Assembly: GCF_006345805.1 (NCBI RefSeq)
Contig: NW_021832432.1
Span: forward strand, 496,001-560,000
Length of the DNA stretch: 64,000 nt
DNA from: Octopus sinensis
Taxonomy: Eukaryota
Reading direction: 5' to 3'
Shown: positions 36,438-49,690 of the stretch, in pieces
How the letters are laid out: every line of letters starts with the position of its first letter
How positions within the stretch are numbered: position 1 is the stretch's first letter
Notes under the pieces: model-generated
What the model was told of the DNA's origin: nothing
The model's database searches: none
What the model saw: only the letters and a program-made list of their open reading frames with translations
Translations under genes and position numbers: made by a program

Positions 36438-38856
36438 TAGCTAAAATCTAGTTTTTACCTAGTCTGAACCAATCAATCCGCCGCAGTCTTCATCCACGCA
36501 GAGCTTACTCAACCATGTTCCAGTTCCAGCGACAGACGACCAGACCAGCCAGTCATGTTCCTGCTCCAGCCAATGACGACGCTAACATACACCAGCAACG
36601 CCACCGACGCTAACATACACCAGCAACGCCACCGACGCCTTCATCTCAACGTCGCCATCACCATCATCGTCCTTCACCTTCACGTCGTCTCCATCTCCGT
36701 CGCCTTCATCTCCAGCAACACTAATATGTACTGAGGCATATAATAGTTGAAGCACTGGCTGGCAGCCTCAGCCTTACCGCATTAATCACTGGGATATTCA
36801 ATACTGTACACTGTATTTCAGCCTAGCAAGCCCTATTGCACTCATGCACCTCTGTTCTGCACGTGTACTCCCTTGTTTTGCAACACGTCTGCGTCAGCTC
36901 AATTCTTCTCCCGACTCAAAGCACGTCGGATGTTCACATGCGCTGCGCTCATGTTTAGGCATAATTTCCCCCTGTTAGACCCCTGTTGGTCACGTAATTA
37001 GCAGAGAAAATTATCTGTCTCGGACCCAAGTTGCACCCAAAAAGTGTAAAGAAGCAACCAGTTCCCTTTACGTAACTATCAAAAAGTATTAAAAAGTTTA
37101 ATATACATAAATACAGATATATACACTTTGTATATATACATATTTATATATAGAATACACACACACATATATATATAAACGCTCGTTGGTGTATTTGGTC
37201 GATGGGCGCGTTGACTGGTAGACAATAGAATGCGGTGGCGATGGCGATGGAATATTTGTTTCTCCATATGAATGCAGACAGATACATGAGTAAAAGTTAT
37301 GGGAAGCTAAGAGATAGACTGAGTGAAAATGTTCTTACATTAAATAACGGGAGTGGACTTGTCAAAGTTATATTATGAAGGGGAGTGAGAGAGTAATGGA
37401 GGAAATAGCGTGAGTGAGGAAGATGGCCTCTAGCAACCACACCTTTTAAGATAGGGATTTCTAAGGTAGCCCACGGGCATCGTCACCTCATTCTACATGT
37501 CCCTGTAAATTTTGGAGCGAATCGGACGGGACGTAGTGGCATTGAAAGCGATCCAAGCGGTAAAAACGCATTTCAGTTTTATATATAGAGATAATGTATA
37601 GTGTATTGAGTATGAAAGGAAATAGTGAGTACTTAGTATGAAAGATTAAGAAAGTGAGAGAGACTGGATAAACGTGTTAACAATACGAGATACTTTATTA
37701 GACTGCTGCTTATACAAGGTATCTCCCGGGGCAGGAGATTTACTGATTGTCTCTGTATCAAGGGAGATAATGGGCGACGTTAATTGTTCATATTTGTTGT
37801 GATGATTACATTAACACACACAACCTCAGATCAAGTCACTTGCTATGCAAGTACATCTCTGTAATGTATAGATGCTTTTCAATAAAAACATGCAGGCATG
37901 AAAATGGAAGGTGGTTTGGGATGTGCTAGAAACAACAGCCAATTCTCCCTTGAATCGTACTCTTTTTCCTCTGAAAATATTTACAGTTATTTTTTTTAAT
38001 TTTTTACCGAAAAGGCTCCTCCCAAGGTTGTTACTTCCTTCAGTAAGTTATTGTAGTTGTTAGCAATTAGTGAATTAAAACTTGAAATGGAAGCATTCAA
38101 AGAAAAAGAGAAAGCAATTCTCCATAGCTATGTCCATTCCAGAAATTGATATTGAAAAACCTTTTGAAAGAAGTGGATCATATATATAAAGCAATAAGCA
38201 AATACAAACACACACACAGCTCTATTTTATTATTTAGATTATAAAAACAGTTTAAGTAAAGTTCATTATAATTGAGTCTATTGCTCAGACAGATTTGACA
38301 GGTCTTACTCACAGAGTTTGAATGGTTTCTTGAAGCAAAAATTATATGAGAATTTTATATAAATATTTATTAAATAATTATCAATCATATGATTAATATT
38401 AAGTGAAAAAGGAGCTAAAAATCCCAATGGAATATGCCCATGGAAAAAAACTTCTTTTTAAAAATGATCCTGGCTCCTCCTGTGATTTGATTCACAAGTA
38501 AAAATTCTCCCAAAAAAAAAAAAAAATCAAAAAAAAAACCTGCTGTGTACACATAACAAAACCATGGTATAAACATTTTTCCAATGCCTAACCGATTCTG
38601 ATTTTTATTCTTTTTTCCTGAGACATTGGCACGCCAGCAATCCAACTCACCATTATACAATTTATTACAACTGCTAAGTATATTACACATTCTTTTGAAT
38701 ATTTTAACAACGATTGTAAAAATATACGCATATTATGTTAAATTTTAAAATTCAACCTTTTTTTGGAGGAGCCTCATATTAAACCAGGCAATAATTTTCA
38801 AATGATTGGGCTGTGCCGTGGGCCGAAGCCTTAGAGGAAACATTGGATTTTGTAAG

Positions 38857-39930
38857 TGTAAGTTTAACTGAAATCTTTATCAAACTTTATTTACTAATTG
38901 ATGATTTGATAAGTTGTAGTGGTCTCTGATATCCTCACTGTTTGAGAGACACGGCAGGAATGATCTCGTTTGAGATTACAGCCATCTTTGGCCGAGTTGT
39001 TCCTGTTGTAACCACTGACCTGATTGGTTGACATGTAGCGCGATTTGTCTCTACTTATTTCGCGCCACTGGCCAAAGCCAACCAATCACGGCCTTTGGTT
39101 AAGGTCCCTTTTCCTAGGCTCTGTTGAGCCACCTTACTTGTATATAAGGGAGTGTTCTCAGTATACTTGGGTCTTTGGTTCTAGTCCTTCTAAGGGCTAA
39201 CCTCTGGCCACAGAGCTACTCAACATGTTCTAGTCACAGCGACAGACGATCAACCACGACGACGCTAATGTACACCCGCAACAGAAAGCCTTCTATCTCC
39301 GCCGCCGTCGTCACCATCATTGTACCAATTTCAAGTCGTCTCTACCATCATCGCCATCACCATCATCCACTTCAGACATGTACACACCAACTTCACAGAT
39401 CCATGCTGTTAGAGTGAATCCCTTCACCAAGTAGAAACAGTCCATCTGAAGAATTCTATATTAAGAGAACCAGCTCAGCGATTGAGACCACGACTGCGGC
39501 TCGACAATAATTCGCCCAACCGGTCTCCGCCCGAGACACAACATCTTGATATGGAACTCTTACACGTCGTGTACCTCATGAACTGTAAACCAATTTCCAT
39601 CATTAACTCTACGCTCTGTACTTTCTATGTCACACGCATTCACCCTTATTGTATCTGTCACCCACACGAACACATAGACACAAACACGTGTTGCATGCAC
39701 ACACACACACACACATACTTGCTAGCACTCACAACCTTCTAACATTAACACCATTTGTAAATAAAATCTTATCTTCTCTCAAACAGTGAAACGGCTTGTC
39801 GTCAATTCATCTATATTCTTTTGGCACTGCATTGTATAAATTGTATTTATGGCTTATCTTATTTCGTTAGGGATGCTACCGTGTGACTTACCTATGTCGC
39901 CAACCTCAACATACGGTCGTATTTCCTACA
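38857..39930 (+). mobile_element. Probable solo LTR (about 1.07 kb)
   Basis: TGTAAG...CCTACA termini, CCAAT at about 39082, TATATAA at 39141 and AATAAA at about 39760. The TSD is imperfect (AAG only). Confidence 0.65.
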
Positions 39931-40379
39931 AAGTGAATTTTTAAAATTATAATTACAAAATTATCACCTTATAATTATAAATTGCTTAAACTCCCTCTCT
40001 CTCCTAAGTCAGTTCCTCCCAAGATATCCCCAGATTTTGTCGCCCCTTAGATGTTGCCATTCCAGGCGGTTGCCTAGTTCACCTAATACTAGATCCAGCC
40101 CTGAAACGCATGCATACACTCATACATGCATGCACACATGCACGCACAAACTGATTCTCTCTCCCTAGACAGTGTGTCAACACCAGTTTCCAGTCTAAAA
40201 TGTAACCCTAGGAATTCTGAATGGGAACTAATGTTACCAAATTGATAAACACCTTGTGACCTGCATCGACTAACAGCAGCCCACTGCTCAGAATCCATCT
40301 TGGACACTCCTTCATTGAGTTCTACGTGCTTGATGAATTAGGTCTCTTTGATGAGCTTACGATAGTTTAAGTGGCATGG

Positions 40380-40690
40380 AGTCAAATCAAACTATTAACA
40401 AATCATTCATTCATACATTCATGTCATTACAGTATTATCTACCGATGAGACATGATATAGCTAGGGCACTGTATAATGAGATTCATTGGAAGGATAATCC
40501 CAAGGCCAAAGAAATAAGAACCCACAGTATGGCAGAAGTCATGGCTACTCATGATAAAAAGGAGTACAGGTGGAATGTTCCAGTGAAAACCTCGATAATA
40601 TGTAAACATAGTAGAGCTGACATAGTGATTTGGGATAGAGAAGAGAGACTGTGTATAGTTGTGGAAATCATCTGCCCAGCGAATGTTTTA
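40380..40690 (+). mobile_element. R4/Dong-like LINE fragment (restriction-like endonuclease region)
   Basis: YLPMRHDIARALY...WNVPVKT...KHSRADIVIWD.....IVVEIICP matches the RHD and H-x-RPD-IV motifs of RLE domains. Confidence 0.75.
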
Positions 40691-40859
40691 CCTCTATATC
40701 TCAGGCTAGGGTGGGGGAGGGGCACATGAACAGGTGATTAACAAGTTCACTTCATGATCCTGATATGTTAATGTTGAGTTCAATCCAGCTCGATCACACC
40801 TTGAGCAAGTATCTTTTGACCTAGTTTTAGTTTGATTTTTATCTTCTATCTGTGTTGGG

Positions 40860-41190
40860 TCTGAAAGAAGAGACAGTGCCCATGCCCTTCACAGACCATC
40901 TAGATGAGTAAGGTTAATGATTAATGCAATTGATGTTCCTCGTGAACCTTTGTAAACCAACACCTGTGGGAAAGATATGAGCAGGGATGGATTTCCTGAG
41001 GGAAGCCCTTTTGGGGAAGAAGGACTGAACATAGCGATAAATGTGAGGCCTTGTAGGTTCAGGCGGGGTAGTGGTGGACGTAAGAGCACTAGTGTAGCTA
41101 GAGTGTCTGCTGCCCGGGACAGCCCTTCCGTTTGCTGTCCCCGGAGTCCACATAAGAAACACATATTGCCTACAGCAGACCCACAAGTGT
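40860..41190 (-). mobile_element. CR1/L2-group LINE C-terminal fragment
   Basis: YVQSFFPKRASLRKSIPAHIFP....LQRFTRNIN resembles the SFFPR--.LWNSLP..VFP....FK motif. Confidence 0.55.
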
Positions 41191-41231
41191 CATCTCAAGT
41201 AATTAGCGTAATCACCATTCAGAACTGTATT

Positions 41232-41637
41232 GGGATCTTTTCGCTTTGAACGGCAGTTTTTCTAGCGGTGTCATATGAAATTGTCACCCATAATTATGAC
41301 CCTAGAATCGATCTATTGCATTTCAATGTGTGTTAGGGTTAGGGGTGGGGGAAGGGTATCTTTTTTTCTTCACAAATGTAAATAAACCCAATCTGTTTCT
41401 TAAACGAGGGACATATTCATACGGCACAGAATGTTTTTTACCTCAATAGACGTCAGTGATTGGTTGAAATTGCAGAAATTGAAGAAAAGCAACAACAAAT
41501 ATCTTACAAATTATAGAATTTTCTCAATAAAGCCAAGAGAACACATTATAAACACATTCTACCAGTATACGAAGTTTTAAATTTTTTAGTTACCTAGAAA
41601 TTATGTTAAAAACTGCCGTTCAAACCGAAAAAATCCC
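41232..41637. mobile_element. Non-autonomous DNA transposon with a 6-bp TSD
   Basis: TIRs GGGATCTTTTCGCTTTGAACGGCAGTTTT and AAAACTGCCGTTCAAACCGAAAAAATCCC, TSD TGTATT, and internal TTAGGGTTAGGG. Confidence 0.88.
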
Positions 41638-43934
41638 TGTATTGTTACGGTACCAAATTTAAAAACAATCTGAGCAAAATTAAAACGGGGGGGGGGGATG
41701 ATTTTGTGAATGAAACAAACTCGATCTGGGATGGGATGGATTAAAAGAAGAATAAAAGGAACGATTCTATACTACACGTGATTAGTGAAAAATTCTGCTT
41801 CGTGCCTGCGTTGAAGGAGATCAATACTATATAATTGATGATGGTTAAAAGTGTATTTGTCATCTTAGAATGAAAATATCGAGGTAGTAGCAGTAGTAGT
41901 GACGGTGGTAGTTTAACACGGGATCAGTCTCACTCTAAACTGATCGACCAGACAAGCTTTAGATCAAAGACGTTGACATCCGGTAGTATTTTTTTTGTGT
42001 TTTTTTTTTTTTTGTACGTGCAGAAATACCGAACAACATTATCAGATGTGTCCGTCCATTTTTATTTTAACGATAGGGCATAATGTGATAGAGATTTATC
42101 TGCTATCTTCAACCTGTTGAGGCTTTCTTCATTTGTCTCTCGAGATCAAGGTTGTAGATTCCAAAGACTCTTTACTCTTTTACTTGTTTCAGTCATTTGA
42201 CTGCGGCCATGCTGGAGCACCGCCTTTAGTCGAGCAAATCGACCCCGGGACTTATTCTTTGTAAGCCCAGTACTTATTCTATCGGTCTCTTTTGCCGAAC
42301 CGCTAAGTGACGGGGACGTAAACACACCAGCATCGGTTGTCAAGCAATGCTAGGGGGACAAACACAGACACACAAACACACACACACATACACATATACA
42401 TATATGTACATATATACGACAGGCTTCTTTCAGTTTCCGTCTACCAAATCCACTCACAAGGCATTGGTCGGCCCGGAGCTATAGCAGAAGACACTTGCCC
42501 AAGATGCCACGCAGTGGGACTGAACCCGGAACCATGTAGTTGGTTAGCAAGCTACTTACCACACAGCCACTCCTGCGCCTATGTTATTATTTATTCTAAT
42601 CTCCGAAACGTTTGTGTTTTTATTGTAATTCATTAGATTCGAACCCCCAATTGAACAGACCAGTGATCAAAAACGTTCTACTTATAAACACCCCACCCCA
42701 TCGTTTTGTCTTCAGTATTTCGACCGAAGAGTTCTCAATCCTAGACAATCCGCGTTACAGAAACGTTGTGCTCCAAAAAGTTCCATCTGTGGCATGAAGT
42801 TTCGTAGCCCAAATCTATTTCCCCAGTGAACACGCAAGTCGTTGAATTCTGCGTTATGTATAACGGAACTTCACTTCACGACAAATTTTCCTGAACACAC
42901 TGCTTTCGTAATGCGCTCAGTAATTCGTCTAAACAATCCCATACTCTCTTTCTAGCCGTGAATGCGATTTTAAAATGCATTATCGAAGTTGCTATTCCTT
43001 ATTTAAGGGAGATTTGACTGCTATTTCTCGTAAATTTACTGATCATGTAAAATTTCTTTGTTTCACTCAAACTTATCTAAGTTTGACGGTTGACCTTCGC
43101 AAATCTCTAACAGCTAATGCCGAGAACAATGGAAAGGATCTCGCGGAAAAATCTCGGCTAAGGTTTCGATTCCTCTCTAAGAATCCAAGATATAATTTGT
43201 TTCATATGTAATGGCATGTGAATGAGAGGTTAATCAAAATATTTAAGACGATGCCAAATGAAAAGAAGACATGGATAAAGATATTGTACTAGAACGAAAA
43301 ATGCGGACGTAGAATCCTAGAATATCCTTAAGTATTGAACCTGGGAAAGTACATAACAAGCAGTAATGAAGCCTAGAATGAAAAAAAAAAAAAAGAAGAA
43401 AAAACTTAAAATATTACTGCTGAAATTAGAATTTAAAAACTAATATCATAATAAATATCCTTTTATATTTACATTTTTTACTGAAAAGTTTAAATTAAAA
43501 TACTCAAGAAGCTATTTATTTTGAATTTTAGTGAAGAGCCTAATTGCCTGCAAGTTTACACTTTAGAAATTTGATATTAAATTTATGTGTTTAAAAAGTT
43601 GCATAATTGCCATTTAAGCAAAATTAACAGTTATAACCCTAAGTATTTAATTAACAAAAAATAAGAGTCTTTTCTAGATTTTGCATTCAATTTGTTCATT
43701 AGTTTTCATTTTTAAAAAATATTTCTAACTGAATGTAGAAGATATTTTGTTATCTCAAAACACAAACTTTAAAGAAATCAATTTTTTTTTTCTTTTTTAC
43801 TATATTTTACTGTTTTGAATTACATACATTCTACATGAATTTAATTTTATAACACCTATATATGTGCTTAAAAATTTTTGCATAATGAATTTTAAGACAA
43901 AAAAAATTTAAATAATATAATAATAATAACAATA

Positions 43935-44547
43935 ATTGCTTCAAATTTTACCACAAGTGCAGCAATTTTGGTGGAGCGGATTACTCGATTCAACAGGAAC
44001 TCTTTTCTATTCTAGGCACAGGCCTTGAAATTTTTTGCGGAGGGGGCTAGTCGATTACATCGACCCCGATTGGATGAAAGGCAAAGTCGACCCGGCGGAA
44101 TTTGAACTCAGAACGTAGCGGTAGACGAAATACCGCTATTTATTTCGCCCAGCGTGCTAATGATTCTGACAGCTGGCCGCCTTAATAATAATAATAGCAA
44201 ATCTCGCAGCAACACTGAGACTACAGTAAAATTTGATGAAAATTACATATATGATACACCGGATATTATTTATGGGATGACCTCATACATGTCCGACGGA
44301 TTTATTTTAGTTTCTTATTTCTTTATTGCCCACAAGGGGCTAAACATAGTGGCGGACAAACAAGGAAGACAAAGGGATTAAGTCGATTACATCGACCCCA
44401 GTGCGTAACTGGTACTTAATTTATCGACTCCGAAAGGATGAAAGGCAAAGTCGACCTCGGCGGAAATTGAACTCAGAATGTAACGGCAGACGAAATATGG
44501 CTACGTATTTCGCTCGGCGTGCTAACGTGTCTGCCAGCTCACCGCCT
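43935..44547 (-). mobile_element. SINE family A copies
   Basis: Intact copy at about 44315-44547 and an internally deleted copy at about 44000-44182. Confidence 0.85.
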
Positions 44548-44705
44548 TATTTGTTTTAGTTTCTGTCAATCAAATCCACTCGCAAAACTTTGGTTGGTCC
44601 GAGGCTATAGTAGAAGACACTTTCCAAGGTGCTACCTAGTGAAACTGAACTCGGCACAATGTAGCTGGGAAGCAGGCTTATAACCACAGCTATACATGCA
44701 TACAT

Positions 44706-45090
44706 GGAGGCGCAATGGCCCAGTGGTTAGGGCAGCGGACTCGCGGTCGTAGGATCGCAGTTTCGATTCCCAGACCGGGCGTTGTGAGTGTTTATTGAGT
44801 GAAAACACCTAAAACTCCACGAGGCTCCGGCAGGGATGGTGGTGATCCCTGCTGTACTCTTTCACCACAACTTTCTCTCACTCTTACTTCCTGTTTCTGT
44901 TGTACCTGTATTTCAAAGGGCCGGCCTTGTCACTCTCTGTGTCACGCTGAATATCCCCGAGAACTACGTTGAGGGTACACGTGTCTGTGGAGTGCTCAGC
45001 CACTCACACGTTAATTTCACGAGCAGGCTGTTCCGTTGATCGGATCAACCGGAACCCTCATCGTCGTAACCGACGGAGTGCTTCCACCAT
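44706..45090 (+). mobile_element. tRNA-derived SINE family C, full length
   Basis: GGAGGCGCAATGGCCCAGTGGTTAGG A-box and GTTTCGATTCC B-box. The 3' half is shared with 21030-21215. Confidence 0.85.
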
Positions 45091-45293
45091 CACCACATAC
45101 ATACATACATATAGGTAAATTGAAAATAAACAAAAAAACAGCGAAAGTCAAAAGGGCGTACACATGAAATGCATTAGGTTGACGCTCGCGATGAGGGATC
45201 AGTTTCTGACTGAAGAATGAAGGCTTTGAATGACCCGTTTGTCTTTTTGTTCGTCCCTTCGTGTATTTCACGTTATTTATTTATGTATAGGTT

Positions 45294-45378
<85 letters not shown>

Positions 45379-45481
45379 TAAATTAGAGACAAAACCACTA
45401 TTATGCAAATCAAACAAAGAAAGACTTAATCCAATACATAAATTAATTTATATTATTTAGAAATTTAACAATTATTAATAT

Positions 45482-45545
45482 CCACTACGATCGTTTCATG
45501 TCTTCTTTTCATCACATCTTTGAGTAGTAGACATTCTTCAGGTGG
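45482..45545 (-). ncRNA. Type I hammerhead ribozyme motif
   Basis: Minus strand: CCAC-CTGAAGA-ATGTCT(loop)AGACAT-GAAAC-GATC-GTA-GTGG. All core nucleotides and three stems are present. Confidence 0.82.
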
Positions 45546-45819
45546 TTTCAAATATTCTTGGCGGCTGGTGCGATATGAACATTTAAGGTGGTTTTTAGAG
45601 TCAGGGTTTGACTGCTATTTCGGCATGGTGGTGTCTCTCAGATACCCTTATTTATAGTTGTGAAAAAAAAAAAATTAATGTTTGTTTTTAATGTTATAAA
45701 AAACAAAGTTACAATAAATTGAAGAATTACTCAATACAGTTGGTAGAGTACAAGTTTATTAGTCTTTAACAAGAATAGTATTGACAGTGCTTTTGAAGTT
45801 TCAGCTGTGTGTGTGTGTG

Positions 45820-45867
<48 letters not shown>

Positions 45868-46361
45868 TCGAGCTTTCTCACAGTTTCCGTCTACCAAATT
45901 CGTTTACTGGATTTGAGTTGGCCCAGAGTTATAATAGAAAACACTTGCCCAGTATACCATGCAGTAAGACTGAACTCAAAATCAGGTGCTTGCAAAATGT
46001 ATTTCTTAATTCTATAATATTTCGGGATAACTATGTCCCCTTTTCGAATAAAGAAAACAGAACAACCGGAAAAGTTGTTACTATGGGAAAACCATCACAG
46101 TCTTATACAGTGCATGATTAATTTCTTAACATACTTAGGTCAAACTTTTATATTTGGTGGTCCATGGAGTTTGTCCTTGTGAATTTAGTGGACTTCCTCC
46201 TGAAAGAGGTTGTGATATCACTGTTATAGGGTCTTACTATGCATAATAGTTTTATATCATGATACTATAGCAACAAAATTGTTATAAAGAAAATATATCT
46301 TCTTTACTGGGTATGCAACTGTCACGTAACACACTTAAAGAATAAAAGAATAAAAGAATAA

Positions 46362-46733
46362 AACAAGAACACTCAGAGAGCGCAAACCTCCGCCAAGGCA
46401 ACACCAATGTCCTCTCAACGATTAATCAGAGATGATTTAAAAAAATGAAAATATCTGAAATAAACTCGACTGCTCTCACAAATGAGAATACTAAAAATGA
46501 ACCCAACCGCTTTCAAAAATTAAGTAAAAAAGAAAAAACCGGAAAAATAGTTCAGAATCCTTGTTTGGTACCAGATCGATCCCAAAATCTAATCAGTTTG
46601 TGCCAGTCATGAGGCCAAACATCCCTGAAAGTTTCATTTGAATCCATCCAGCGGTTCTTGAGATATCTTGTCCATTGACAAACAAACAAACACGACTGAA
46701 AATAACACCTCCGCCTTCGAAGGCGGAGGAAAT
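46362..46733. mobile_element. Helentron-associated (HINE/DINE-like) non-autonomous element
   Basis: AACAAGA start, ACCTCCGCC near both ends, terminal hairpin CCTCCGCCTTCGAAGGCGGAGG and internal (CAAA)n. Confidence 0.65.
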
Positions 46734-47468
46734 TATTTTAAGCAAAATATCATACGATTGAGGAGGTCTCTGATTAAAGGCCTTCCAATAGTGACCATCT
46801 TGTATTCTGTTCAGACATAGAGTATCTAAGACAAGTTACGTCCAGATTATTCATGATGCTATGAGAACAACATTGTTAAAATGACAACTGACTACGTTTG
46901 AGAGGTGCGTAGTGCATATGTAGCATATCCGGAGTGAACCTTTGCTGACCAGTGGAATGATTTCCTTGTAGATTAGGTCTAGTCTGTCTTTGTTTGTTTG
47001 TTTGTTTGTTTGTTTGTTTATTTGTATGTATGTATGTATGTAGTATGTATGTATGTATGTATGTATGTATGTATGTATGTATGCATGTATGTATGTATGT
47101 ATGTGTGTGTGTCTATGTATGTGTGTATGTATGTATGTATGTATGTATGTATGTATGTATGTATGTGTGTGTGCGTGTGTGTCTATGTATGTATGTATGT
47201 ATGTATGTATGTTTGATTAAGCTTCGTGCAAAGGCCATACTCGATAACGAGGGGGAAGCCACCATGTATGTATGTATATATGTATGTATGTACGTATGTA
47301 TGTATGTATGTATGTATGTACGTATATGTGTGTGTATGTATGTATGAGCAAGCTTCTGTTGGCGTTGGCGCGTTCAAGAATAAACTAGTTGTGATATATA
47401 GTTAATATTGCCCTTTTCTTTGATATTTCGTACATATTTCCCTTAAAATTTCTTGATTTACTTTTACA

Positions 47469-49285
47469 ATGCCGAAAAGCAAGGATTAACCCTTTTCCAA
47501 AAAAAAAAACATTCTTTGTACCAACAGATCACAGTTATGCAGATGTCTCTGTGGTGCATGGAGATAGGTCAGATATTAAAGGTCATTTAAAATCTCAATG
47601 ACACAAAGAAATGTTGCTAGTTGGTCACGATAAGATATTTTATAAAACCAGAAATAAGGATTATTGGAGCTTGTCATTGTCGCTAAAGAAACCACTTTTG
47701 ATTTTCATACACTTTTACCAAAATTGAGTTTCAAGACATCTGATCGTTCATGAAAGTTGGTTTCAAAACTTTTTGAACCAAAGTTTCGCCTAGGGTGGAC
47801 AAAATATGCGGCCAAAATTTTAAATGTAATTGTGCCAATTGCTCAGCTTGGTAAATTTGTGACAACTTTTATGGATGCTTCGAATCGAAAAGATGTTGAA
47901 ATGATACTTTTCATCATTTGATATTACTTTCCTGGTCAGTAGGATACAAGTTAAATTTTGTGTTATGCAGACTTCCAGTTAAAATGTCTGAGATCTTGAC
48001 TAATGCCTTAGAGTCAGTTATTGTCAACCACGGGTTGACAGAACAACTGCAACGCAAATTTTGGTGATGTAGAACGAAAATAGCAAAAACAATCTCTGTT
48101 TATCTGATTAAAAACGAAATTTTCAAGGGACCTTGTTGGGATTAGCTGTGCTGCACACCTTGTGTACAGCTATTTCCAAACAGTAGTTGATGCATTACCA
48201 ACTGCAGTTATTGTCAACCACGGGTTGACAGAACAACTGCAACACAAATTTTGGTGATGTAGAACGAAAAAAGCAAAAACAATCTGTTTATCTGATTAAA
48301 AACGAAATTTGCAAGGGACCTTGGGATTAGCTGTGCTGCACACTTTGTGTACAGCTATTTCCAAACAGTAGTTGATGCATTACCAACTGATATCGAAGCA
48401 CTTGTAAAAATTTTAAAACATTTTCACATCTATACAGTTCGTGTAGCACAGCTAAAAAAATTTAATGACTTCGCCAGACTGGAATAAAAAACGTTATTAC
48501 ATGGTAATACAAAATTTTGTCAATGCTACAAAGAATGCTATCCGAAACTTATAAATCAATTCTTTGAAAGAGATTTTGGAGAAATGTATTTATGGTTTAT
48601 GCAGAGACAGCTTGGTCATTTCAACAAATCGTTTCTGGCTATATAGAAGGACAATTTTAATGCACATATATCAAAGAAATGCAAAATCTGATTACAAATA
48701 TAGAAAAAAGACAAAAAAAAAACCCAGCTATGAATTGAAGAAAACTGTGATAGTAATGAAAAAATGAAGAGAGAATTTTAAGTTTTTTGAGAGATGTCTC
48801 TCGTACTTAGACCAGCGGGGAGAGAACTTTGAACAGGTAGAATACTTTGAGTGATTAAATTCTTGGAACATATCTTGGCCGAATGTGGAGTAGTCTGCAT
48901 TTAAGGGGAATTTACCAAAGGATTGGAAAGCAAGTAATAAATTTTAATAGAACAGAACTTTAAGTACGAAGATAAGTGACATTTTAATTTTGTTTCGATT
49001 GGGTAGAGCGGTATTGCAAAGAAAAAAACGTATATTAGTTAAAAATCTAAGCTCTTTAATAAAGGGCATTCTTGGTCTTCTTCGTACTTCTGCACCAGTT
49101 GAATGAATATTTTCTGTAATAAATAAATGTGTGATCAGACGAAAGTAGCAACATGGCAAGAGCTAGCCAGGAGATTTCTGATGACTAAAATAAACATTTT
49201 ACTAAGCTAATCTGAATCTTTTTGATAAAATTTAAAATGACAATGAATTCCTTAGAAAAGTAGTTTCAAGTGAAAAATATGAAAT
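47469..49285 (+). pseudogene. Heavily decayed hAT-superfamily transposase
   Basis: BED-finger-like HGDRSDIKGHLKS, DASNRK, GISCAAHLV, HIYTVRV.QLK, HGNTKF and TSAPVE*IFS, with many stops and frameshifts. It contains an internal 190-bp tandem duplication (48015 and 48205). Confidence 0.78.
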
Positions 49286-49620
49286 ACTTGATAATAAAGA
49301 CATGTTTTTAATTTAATTTATATTTAAATCCTACTGTTACACTTGAAAACATTTTACATGCATGTGCTGTCAAATAGAGACTGCTTTGTACAACTTCTGC
49401 TTCTGTCCCCCGCATTTCAGTCAAACTCTCAATCTTCTAAATGAAAGATAAAGTGTGCATCTTACCAACTCACAATGTATCACTTCAACACTTCCTAGGA
49501 ACAGCCTTCATATTAAAAGAAAGCATGCGATTATGCTAATATATTCGCAGTAAAATATTCCCCAAACCCACGGTCTGATGGAGGAAGGAAACTTGCTTTC
49601 ATTTAATATACCCTCTTCAG

Positions 49621-49690
49621 ATTTTGTGTGATATTCCTACTTCTACCGGTTTCAACTCACATTTACTCCAGTTTCACCTTGAATATTATG
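49621..49690 (+). other. Candidate isolated 70-nt exon
   Basis: Acceptor CCCTCTTCAG| and donor ATG|GTAAGC, with two open frames (ILCDIPTSTGFNSHLLQFHLEYY or FCVIFLLLPVSTHIYSSFTLNIM). Confidence 0.35.

Larger units (their letters stand above)
35101..37591 (-). mobile_element. Helitron-type element of about 2.5 kb with nested or captured sequence
   Basis: CTAG end at 35101 with hairpin CCCGC...GCGGG, and an opposite end ...CAGTTTTATATATAGAGA|T with the same architecture as 1346-1858. Pairing of the two ends is inferred. Confidence 0.6.

Noticed and set aside
44706-44780. tRNA gene
   Set aside because: A and B boxes are present but there is no closed acceptor stem, and the sequence continues into a SINE body. 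The same applies to the other SINE heads.
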